NCBI GenBank assembly: GCA_003971905.1
Contig: RSEE01000045.1
Span: forward strand, 494,919-514,918
Direction: 5' to 3'
Length of the DNA: 20,000 bases
Origin: Moniliella sp. 'wahieum'
Taxonomy: Eukaryota
The notes under the pieces were generated by a model. That model was not told the DNA's origin. It was given only the letters and a program-made list of their open reading frames with translations, and did no database searches. The translations under genes and the position numbers were made by a program. Below, piece after piece: positions 10,940 through 20,000 of this stretch. Position 1 is the first letter of the stretch. Each line of letters starts with the position of its first letter.

Positions 10940-13228
10940 TGACAACCCTTCGCTCCCTCCACAGCCTACGCTTCCGTAGAATGCGCCAGCTTTTGCCGGA
11001 CGTTACTGGTTTTGTTCAGCCGGGAAAGTTGGCCGCGTTCATGGGTGAGTCTGGCGTGGGAAAGACAACACTGCTCAAAACCCTAACAGCAAATGGGGTA
11101 CTGCCAACAACAGGACAACCATGTACCCACCACCACTGTACGCCCAGCGCTTCAGTTCAGCGCTATCCTGTGCCAACCCTCGACGGTGCTAAAGGAAGAA
11201 AAATGGCCTATGCCGAGGAGGTGATCCGCATGATGGAGATGGAGCTGCTGAGGCTCTTGTCGAAATGTGGGAGAATGTCTATCGGTCGAGCAGCGCAAGC
11301 GTGTTACCATTGCTGTTGAATTGACAGCGAAACCGAAGTTGCTTCTCTTCCTGGACGAGCCCACGTCGGGGATGACTCTTTGGCCGCTTCTTCCATCGTC
11401 CGTTTTCTTCGTCACCTTGCCGATTCCAGTCAATCCGTCCTTTCTACTACCATCCACCCCCTCGGGTGAACTGTTCATCCAGTTTGACTGCCTCATTCTT
11501 CTCCAAAAGGGAGATAAGGTTGCGTACGAAGGCGAACTGCACAACGATCGTGTCTGTGGCCAGCTCATTGATTACTTTGAATCCCATTCGGGCGTCCTTG
11601 GCCCCGCCGATGCGAACCCTTCCGAATTTATGCTAGACTGCATCGACGACGGTGACGTCGAGCACGGACACGGACTGGCCCAGTTGTATCGCGATAGCTT
11701 CCTCCTCATCGACACGGAAGCCGCTGTTCATCGCATTTCCAACCGTCATCGTGACCCCCAGTACCTCCCTACCGAGGAATCTCTCAAGCATGGCACCTAC
11801 GCCAACGGGTACCGCACCTAGCTAACTCAACTCGTCAAACGTACCTCCTCCTCTACCACTGGCATTCTCCTTTTACATTGGCGGGAAGATTGGTCTTTCC
11901 GTTTTGGCTGACCTCTTTGTCTCTTCCTCTTTCTGGGGGCAGGGCAAGTTGCGCACCATGTGGAGTTTCCAGAATAGACTGTTTGGCGTGTACGTTGTTG
12001 ACCCCGGTGTCTTTATCCCCAGTTGCACGCCTCTCTCCCTTCTTTGCTCCCCTAACTTGCCTTTGTTTTTTTTGTCTACTTCAGCTTTATTGGTAGCGTG
12101 CTCGCCACTACAAGCACGCAACAGCTCTCGGTCCACTACATTCACCTACACACCTTATTTGAGGCGCGGGAGTTTCCCAGCCGGATGTACAGCATTTCCA
12201 TGATCACTACTTCCCTTCCCTATTATTGAACTGCCTTGGAACTGGCTCGCTGGTCCTGTCTTCTACGGGCCTTGGCAAGACATGATGTTTGGTGGTGGCA
12301 CGGCTGGACAGGCGTTCAGATGGTTCTGGTATGCCATCTTGTTTACCTCATGCTACACCACCCTGGTATCGCACTCATGGCTCTAGCGCCCAATCCCATG
12401 CTGGGTAGCTTGCTCTTGCCATTGTTTTCGCCTTTTGTATGCATGTACGTTTGAACTCCCTTTTGACTGCTCCAATCCCACCCATATGGGAGGATGGGTT
12501 TCTGACCTATTATTATACGATGCTTTACAGTTCTGCAGTGTGATGCGCAGTCTCCTGCGCTGATGCCCAAGTTCTGGTCGTCATGGATGTGCCCACTCAC
12601 CCCATTGAGGTACTACTTCGAGGCGGCCGTGTCCTATGTCGTCCTCCCCATCAAAGTGGTACTAAGTGCCCCGTCTGAACTGGCTCTCATTGTGCCTTCT
12701 GCGGGGCAGACCTGCGCCACCTGCCTCGCCGACTTTTGATCTGTCTTCGAAAAAGCCGTGTGGCCAGGGTTATTAGTACATCAATCCCGGATGGTGCCTG
12801 CGGCTACTGCCGTTACCGCGACGGCACTGATTACCTCGTCTCCTTGCGGGTCAGGTCGGTTGTCGCTTCCGCGATATTGTCATCTTCGTTTCGTACGTTC
12901 CCGCTCCCCTCCTGGCGCTTTTCTGGCACACCCAGCATCCTGAATGGTTTAGCTTTTCAAGCTTGTTGTGCTTGATCTCTTCCTAGTGTGCCTTCCCCAC
13001 TGACACGTGCCTTTCTCTTTTTTGCCAAATCCCAGGTACATTGCCTTCAACACCATCCTTTGTTACGCCGCGAATGCCCTGCGTTCATGGAACCCAAAAG
13101 CTGCCAAAGTCCAACGCCAGGCACGGGATGAATTCCACGCCCACATGGCCCACAGCTTGACGCTTCCTTGGCTTCCCCCAGGAAATCAAGGTCGGCACCC
13201 CGCGGTTCGATTCTCCCAAGACAGTTGA
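10940..13228 (+). pseudogene. PDR-family (ABCG, Snq2/Pdr5-like) ABC transporter, C-terminal half only (NBD2+TMD2)
   Basis: [40 protein letters not shown]...TVR.ALQFSA, LSVEQRKRVTIAVELTAKPKLLLFLDEPTSG, ANPSEFML, FQNRLF, FEAREFPSRMYS, CGYCRY, YIAFN. In-frame TAG at 11819, a deletion between Walker A and the Q-loop, many frameshifts, and GTACGT-donor introns (about 11989-12084 and 12893-13035). Confidence 0.93.
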
Positions 13229-14899
13229 TGCTTAATTTGTTACCGCACATCGAGCACGCTCTTCCTCGATTACCAAATTTCCTTCGTTGTTGAGTATCCG
13301 TTACCATTGTTGCGTCCATCATCCTGGTGGCGTTATGGTTCCCCGTGTGTACTTGGAGTGAAAAGGGAACCTATTAACCATATCCAAGGGCAACGAGTCA
13401 AATTCAAACCTGTCCTCAGTCAGCACAGTCGATCTCAGGGAGTCTGATAGGTGGAAAGATTCTGGTAAACATTAGTAGAAGATTGGGCCCCCAACCCTCT
13501 GCGCATGAGTACCGTGAGTCCGCTTGACTCGGCCTCGATCGCATTTTTGCTTACCACTAGAGACCACAGGGCCTACGGCCAAGTGCTGTCATACGCTAGA
13601 ATGGCACGACGTCGCTCATTGCTTCATTGGGCATCCCTCTCCGACGTCTGCCATGACCGGCTCACTAACGGTACTGCGGATGGTCCCGGCAGGCGCGAGA
13701 GCAATGTCGAGCGAGTGGCGGAGGGAACGCGGGGAAGGGCAACAAGTGATATTGGTTCCTTCCCACGGTTCCCGCTTCTGCTAACATACTCCTCGCCACC
13801 GTAGACGGCACCATTCAAATCTTCCCCACTGGGTTGTGGGCCCGGGAAATCCGTATACAGTGCCTTACATTTGTTAGTTCGTTCGCCTGTCGTGGTCACC
13901 GTCCCAACCTGATTTCGTGAAAAGGGGTAATTGAGTGTCAAGGAGAGGGGAAGGCAGGGCTGATCGATGAGAGTGGGCGAGTGTATTCCCTTGTCTGGAG
14001 TTGGAAGATAGTTGTTGCGAGGCACAGTGGGTGAGCCAAAGATGGTCACAGTCTCCCCCCTCCTTACGCCTTCGGAGGCCACATTTGAGGGGCGGTCCAG
14101 TCTGGATTTGGCTTGGCCGTTGGCTCACGGGCGCTGCCTTTGGAATAGCGTAGTGGACCTCGACTTGATTTGGATCGAAACTGCTGTTCAGCCGCTTCAG
14201 CGACCCGGTTGCAGCCAACCGGCGGCCGGGCTTACAGCGTGTGAGCCAGCACTGAAATGCGATGCGCGCTCCCCCTTGCCTCGTCTCTGTGCATTACGGT
14301 GGGCCGCACGGTTGCGCCTGCACCCGGACTGGTGGGGACGGAGTAGGTGGTGGAGGAGGTTGAGCGGGTTACGGCGCTCAACCGGGCTAACCACTTTCGA
14401 GGGTTGAATATTGATTGAATCGACAGCCAGCCGCTGATTCACGACGTGCGACGCAAGCGACGCATATCGCCCACATCATAACAACCCGCCGCGCGTCTGC
14501 TGCCACCGCCAGCTGCTCCTCCCGCCCTGCACCCGACCCACGTCCTGCCCCACCGATCGACATCTCACTACGCAACATCGCCTCGTTCTCCTCGCGCTTG
14601 GGCGTAGATGAGAGGAACATCCGTCAGGTAGGGTGTGGTTCTCATGCATTCCATGCAGACCGGCTGTTTGGGAGGATGAACGCTCGAAGAAAATCGCAGG
14701 GAGCCCATGAGTGCGGTCCCTCACGTCGCAAGTCAGAGCCGACCATCACACAAGCGTCCCTCAAGCAAGGACGACAGACACAGGGCTTCATCCAGCCCAC
14801 CAGGTCTTGGGACGCGCCCGGTCCACCACGCTGGCTGGCTACTTCTTTGACAATCGGCGGCGTGACGGGTACGGGGGTCTGGAACGGACCTCACCATTT

Positions 14900-16600
14900 T
14901 CGGGTACCCACACGTTGTTACAGGCGTCCTGATGGCGAGGTTGATGGCTCGATCCACCTCCTTACCCCAAATGACAGAGCAAAACGAGGCTACCACACCA
15001 ATTTGACTGGGCTCACTGTCATAGTAGTACAACAAAAGTGCCTTGGACACATCGACCAAATTAGCGCACGCAATCCAGAACGTTCTGCGGATACACGTCT
15101 TGCTCGTCTTGCATTCTTGGGCAGCCCAAGGACTGCGAATCCCTAGTCTGGCTCCTAGGTTGTGGGTTTGCAACATGATCCGGAGGGAATTAAAGCAAAA
15201 GCCCCTTTATCCATGCCTTACCGGGGTGCGTTTGGATGGGGTTATCCTTATACCTTAGCTCGCACAGCGGAAGTGTAACCACAGGCGTAGTCACCCGCAA
15301 GGAACCAAGGGAACAGAGCTAGTAGGTTGCACAAGGATTGTATGTTGGCGCTTTGCTTTGGCCTCTGTGTCGAACAAGGTGTTCATCTCCTTCTTACACA
15401 GCACGCGTGCCCGAGGGACGGCCTCGAGCGGATGGCAGACACGACGTAGAATAGGCGTCGCGCGTCTTGTCTCCGAAGGACCAAAGGGTTAGACCGTTCG
15501 ATATGGATGGGCTGTTTGGAGCACCTGGGTTTGCCATCGTGACCTCAGCGCCGGTGACAGTGGCGTGGGTGCGTCCAATTCGCTTCGGATTGTTGGATGG
15601 GTCGGGCTTTACCATAGTGGCCGGGATGTCCTGCGACCCAGTCATGACCGCGTGGTTAGGAAACGTGAGCGCTGGATTATAGGGCACGACCGACCTCCAG
15701 CTGGGATCGAGCACTTCTGCTTTCTGGATCAGCCAGGAGCCGAAGGGGAGGCAGCAGGTTTGTATGTTGGCGGGCGAGAAAAATCGTCGTCATTGCTTTG
15801 CGCCACGTCGAGGAGCAGGCTCGTGTCCCCCTACATGCCTGCCGATGATCTCGCCCGCCAATATGTTCACATCTCTGCGCAAGTCGATGCCCTGCCTGAG
15901 CAAAGCCAAGACGAGAGAGCAAGACTGATCTGCCCAACGCAACGGGCATCGGGATGCCAACTTGGTCCTACCATTGACCGACCACATTGCTGCGATCGTC
16001 GCCCCGGATGACTTGCCTCGTGCAGTTGCTGCTCATCTACCCAGGGAAGTTTTGGCGCGCGCCAAATCCGTTTCTCCGCATCGAGCGAAACAGATGGCGG
16101 AGGGGTTCCTGGATGCACGAACCGCAAAATGAATAACCGATGAGGCAACGGGAGGCATTTCAGGCAGGGGTAGCGAGAGGTTTGACCCACATTCTTGACT
16201 CGCACGAGCATCAGTCAGGTGATAATATCCCCAATGCAGAAGCCCACGATCTTGGCACATTGCACTTGCACATCTTGCACGCTGTATTTTAAGTCGAGCC
16301 ACATTACACATTGGAATCTTTTCTTGTTCGCTCGGGCCCTTCGCCTCGATCGCCTTCTGTAACGAAATGTCCAGCCGACGCACCATCTGTACCACTCTCC
16401 CTTACATTTGATTCCCATCTGGGAGAAGAGGGGGTAGGTGACTCTAAGATGCAGCAGTCGGATATTGGCCCAACGACGAGACGGAGCCTGGAAGCACATG
16501 ACTTGGCAGCTTCCACAGGAACCATTAACATCTCCCACATAAATGAAAAGCGGGCACAGGTTTGATCCATGTCCCTTGCCCTAGTGCTCGGACCCTCTTG
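14900..16600 (-). mobile_element. Probable CACTA/EnSpm (Tnp2/Transposase_21-like) transposase relic
   Basis: Ordered weak motifs across frames: C..C cluster (GDVNGSCGSC, ~16510-16540), NVRxSGTDG (~16385-16410), KIVGFCIGD followed by SRYPCLKC (~16155-16255), IPATMVKP...TGAE (~15545-15630), IWGK (~14965). Heavily deleted; no TIRs found. Confidence 0.45.
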
Positions 16601-16799
16601 ATTATCCATCTCCGTCTGCATACCCGTGCCTGTACGTTCCGGCCTGCACAAGCGCGTCGGTCAGTATATCATCCCAGAGGAAATGTGGGTGGGGATCGTC
16701 GTCGTACATGTAAAGCCAACAGAGCGAATCATGGCCCCGGTATTGAGTAGGGCTGCGCGGATGATCGTTTTCGTCTTTAATATGAAAGGCGCTGACCTG

Positions 16800-19011
16800 G
16801 CCTGTCGGTGCGGGGCAGCGGAGGCGTGGAGGGCGCGAGTTGGTTAAGGGAGAACAAAGGAAGGCGCAATGGGGCCACAGCCCTGCTCCGAGTGGCGGGA
16901 AAAAGGGGCGACGCGGAGGAGCCCCTTTTGGCACAACTCGGGTGAGGTGGTGGTCGCCAGTCCACCTGACCAACAAGCGCGTCCACCGAGACGTCACATC
17001 CACGATTAGTATCCAATCGAGAGTGAGGCTCATTGACACTACCCACCCCGTCTCCATCCTCTTCAGGGGTCCAACGAGGGTAGTGAAGAGCAGCCACGCC
17101 CCCCCCCCGGACCTGTTCTATGCGCCCATTCCCCAACGCAGCAGCAGCGAGCAGCTTCTGCTCTTCGCCAGCCGTAGAGGCCTTCGCTGCCGGCGCATCC
17201 GCAGGGGGCGGAAGGCGTGCCCTGCCTTTGCCAATATTCCCTGTATTGGCACCTTGCCCAACTGGCTGGGGGGACGTGGACGTGACGAGTTAATGGTTGC
17301 TTGTGTGAGCACATATTGCTTCTGATGCTGCGTCCAGCTAAGGTGAAACGTCAGCAACTTGGGTTTCAGCAGAAGGAGATGGACACGTACAGGAATCACC
17401 ACCATCAAAGATACGGCATCCCATGGGTGGGTCGCCTCCAGGTTGATTTGCATTCCACCGCTGCGCATCATGTCGAGCTCAGTAACGCAACCGCGCTCTC
17501 GATGCCAGTTCAGGCACTGCATCGACAAGGATGGACAGCAAAAAGCGGAGCCGAGGGGCATGGGCCCCCGTGAGCACGCATCCGGCTTGGTGCGCGGCGC
17601 GACAAGGAAGCAAGGACATGGGCCATAGCAGAGTCCCAGCGGGTTGGTCGTGGAGAGGCAAAGCGGTCCTAAACGCAGCCAGGCCAGAATCGGGGAGGGG
17701 GGCTTGGACGGTGTGGCCGCGGCCAATGTGGAGGAGCTTCTGCGCGCCAAGCGCGGCGGCAAACGCACGTTTAACATTAACCCCACGACGGGAACAACCC
17801 TTTCTGCGCGTCTCGCGGAGAGGCAGTCGATTGCTGCTGCTTGCGGGGCTGCTCGGCTGTCCGCTGCCGCCGTAGCAGCCCTGTAGACTTGCACTGCAGC
17901 AGGGAGCGTTGCCGACGGCGGCAAGGTGCCCGCCGTGTTGGCCAGACACAGCTCGCTGCCACGCAGGTCTGGCGCACAGCTGCTGAAGCGGGCGGGTGGA
18001 GCGCGTCGGATACTGGTTTCGCACGTCCCTTGCTGTCCAAACCCCAACCCACGCCTTCCGTACAACAGAGGGAGAGCAGTGCGCGCACTTGCCTAGCGAG
18101 GGTGGCGTCAAGCGGAACAGTGCCTGCACTTTCACCGCGTACGTGTCGCATGCTCTGGCTGAGAGGCATTGATACAGCCAGTTTCTTTGCGCAAGCACGT
18201 TCGTCCCAATTGCTGCTGGCACTGTGTTCGGTCTGCGTCGGTTGTCAGTAACTCGCACAACAAGAGAGTACAATAGAGCGGGGTAACGTACCATCGTCAC
18301 AATCTGGGCCAGCAAGCTTCGTCGAAACGCATGTGCGCACCAAGATTTTCAGAGATACCGCCCATAGCGACAGCAGCTAATCCTATCGTTGGGAACGGCG
18401 GCGACATCGCGCCACATTTGTGGGGCATGGACAAGGTGTACAACACTGCACGAAAACAGTACCAGGGCCTCATGAAGCTGCGCCGCCGCACTGGAAGAAT
18501 AGCGGAACCAGTCTCTAACATTGCAGTCGCCAGGCCGTTTGATGGCGAATGATGTTCCTTGGGCGGTGGGGTTCAGAGGCGTCTGTGTGGCGGGATCGCT
18601 GCAAGACAGCCGCAAGGAATGAATGACCATGTTTGGCTCTCCCGGGTGCAGTGGCAGCAACAAGTTCCCCAAGGTGATGCGCCTAACGCACAAGCAAGCA
18701 CGAGCAGGACAGCTTAGATCCACTTGGGACAAAAATGGTCCGGAGGCCATTAAGCCAGACCAGATTGAGGGGATGGCATACCCGCCGCCTTGCTTCACTT
18801 GGTTAGGACCTGCGGTACACATGCGCTGGCTGGGACAGTGATTGTTGCGGGACAGGTAGAACGAGACAATTCGAGCGACTAATTGGGCCGCTGCTCCAAC
18901 GACGGCTGTCGCGATGACAGCCGCTATCTTTGCATGCACAAGGGGATGACGCAAGAGCCGTACCAGGAGCTCGCCGTGTGGGTACCTGGCCCAGCAGCAC
19001 CGGGGGCCGAT
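16800..19011 (-). pseudogene. Spliced tyrosine recombinase remnant, DUF3435/Starship-captain-like, oriented away from the telomere
   Basis: Stitched translation: xI*AVLLVLACALGAxPGELV (18660-18722; box I-like RxQ...GARPG), LFRAV (~18445-18465), LAAVAMGGISENLGA-HAFRRS (HxxR at 18319-18333), intron 18233-18291 (GTACGT, TACTGAC, CAG), EHSASSNWDERAC (H 18224-18226; expected Tyr reads TGC at 18191-18193), CFL(C) at ~17600-17612, second intron 17338-17390. Both ends are approximate. Confidence 0.6.
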
Positions 19012-19122
19012 GGTGGGGGGAGGAAGGAGGAAATGTGAATGATGAGGGAGTGGCGAATGATCAGGGAGTGGAAGACAGAAGATGCGACGCTGAGATTTCG
19101 CTCCGACACGGCCCCGGTTCGG

Positions 19123-19250
19123 GGTGGTCGACAGCCCAGCCGATCGGCAAGCGCGGCGAGTCAAGCGTCGTATCAATTATCCATATTCAATCGAGAGCGA
19201 GGCTCATTGACGCTGCCCACACCATCTGCATCCTCTTGAGGAGTTCGAGG
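19123..19250 (-). repeat. Diverged paralogous copy of 16949-17079 (3' tail of the recombinase-like gene)
   Basis: Nearly ungapped alignment at offset 2174. Minus-strand peptides TPEEDGDGVGSVNEPHSRL and TPQEDADGVGSVNEPRSRL differ at several synonymous sites. This copy has two in-frame TGA stops. Confidence 0.85.
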
Positions 19251-19583
19251 TGCGGCGCCCTTCATCCCCCTGCATGGCCACGACGAGCCTGGTCTCGTGC
19301 ACGAGTGAAACCAGGGAACTGGGGCTGCGCCGGCCTTCTCGGTCAACAAACGCGCTCTCTGGTAGCAGATAAGCCTGTCGCCGCCGACCCCCATCTTCTT
19401 TCATAGTGCTGTGACTGTGCGAAAGGCAACCCACTGCGGCAGCTCGTCCCCCGCACCCGTTCTTCACGTCTGTACCGGCCCCATAACAGAACAGCATCGA
19501 ACAGCACTTGCTCCACGCTAGCAACTTGAGGGCCTAGACGTATGTTCAGTGATACATTTGGTACGGCTGATCGATGATATGAC

Positions 19584-19629
19584 GGCCACAAATGCAATTT
19601 GACACTAGTGTCGATTTCTATTTGTTTCC
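19584..19629. other. Imperfect 46-bp palindrome centred on GACACTAGTGTC
   Basis: Perfect 12-bp core at 19601-19612, plus outer arms ACAAAT (19588-19593) and ATTTGT (19620-19625) at symmetric distance. Confidence 0.65.
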
Positions 19630-19661
19630 AGCCTACAGTTGGTACGGATCCTATTTGTGGG

Positions 19662-19918
19662 GTGGGTCGGGTTGGGTAGGGTTAGGGATGGGTGGGTGTA
19701 ACTTGTCAAGGGTGCGTCCAATCGAAAAACGGAGGCCATATGCTGCATAGAGCGGACGATTTCGTAGCGAGCTATCGTCGAGGCCATCGGAGGGTGGGTG
19801 TTGTGGGTCGGGTTGGGTAGGGTTAGGGATGGGTGGGTGTAACTTGTCAACGGTGCGTCCAATCGAAAAACGGAGGGCATATGCTGCATAGAGCGGACGA
19901 TTTCGTAGCGAGCTATCG
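19662..19918 (+). repeat. Telomere-associated tandem repeat, 2 copies, 141-bp period
   Basis: 19662-19777 and 19803-19918 match at 114/116 nt. Each copy starts with degenerate telomeric sequence GGGTCGGGTTGGGTAGGGTTAGGGATGGGTGGG. Confidence 0.95.
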
Positions 19919-19974
19919 CCTCGGCATAACTCTCTCCCCTTCGGGTAGCTCGCTATCTACCCTCGGCCCTCCCC

Positions 19975-20000
19975 TAGGTTAGGGTTAGGGTTAGGGTTAG
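19975..20000 (+). repeat. Telomeric repeat (TTAGGG)n
   Basis: TAGG(TTAGGG)3TTAG runs to the window end, with the G-strand oriented toward the terminus. Confidence 0.9.

Noticed and set aside
14560..14850. ISLRNIASFSSRLGVDERNIRQ and VLGRARST as a second tyrosine recombinase box II
   Set aside because: There is no HxxR histidine, the spacing is off, and no supporting box I or catalytic Tyr is present.
17055..17340. WTPEED and WTQHQK as Myb/telobox repeats
   Set aside because: The later conserved Trp residues and helices are absent, and the Trp is missing in the paralogous copy.
13555..19610. CACTAG at 13555 paired with CTAGTG at 16581 or 19605 as CACTA terminal inverted repeats
   Set aside because: The match does not extend beyond about 7 of 8 nt and there is no 3-bp target-site duplication.
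19605..19889. 94-aa minus-strand ORF with an internal repeat
   Set aside because: It is a by-product of the 141-bp repeat period being a multiple of three.
1..20000. RIP-like hypermutation, CRISPR arrays, tRNA or rRNA genes
   Set aside because: The relics remain GC-rich and are damaged mostly by indels. No repeat-spacer array or recognisable structural RNA was seen by eye.

Overview
This is the last 20 kb of a GC-rich fungal chromosome arm, probably basidiomycete (inferred from intron style and gene content), ending in TTAGGG repeats at 19975-20000. From left to right it holds: a spliced DHA1-type MFS transporter (-); a decayed chromodomain Ty3/Gypsy element (integrase, PPT, one LTR; -); a GLOD5-like VOC/glyoxalase gene with an 8-nt microexon (-); a very divergent RecQ-like telomere-linked helicase remnant (+) abutting the C-terminal half of a PDR-type ABC transporter pseudogene (+); a probable CACTA/EnSpm transposase relic (-); and, 1-3 kb from the telomere, a frameshifted, spliced tyrosine recombinase remnant (-) whose motif order resembles DUF3435 (Starship captain-type). 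A diverged copy of that gene's 3' tail lies just upstream of it, followed by an imperfect palindrome, two 141-bp-period telomere-associated repeats and the telomere. Nearly every gene carries small indels, so most calls come from manual frame-stitching, not from single ORFs. Some indels may be contig-end consensus errors. No database searches were run.
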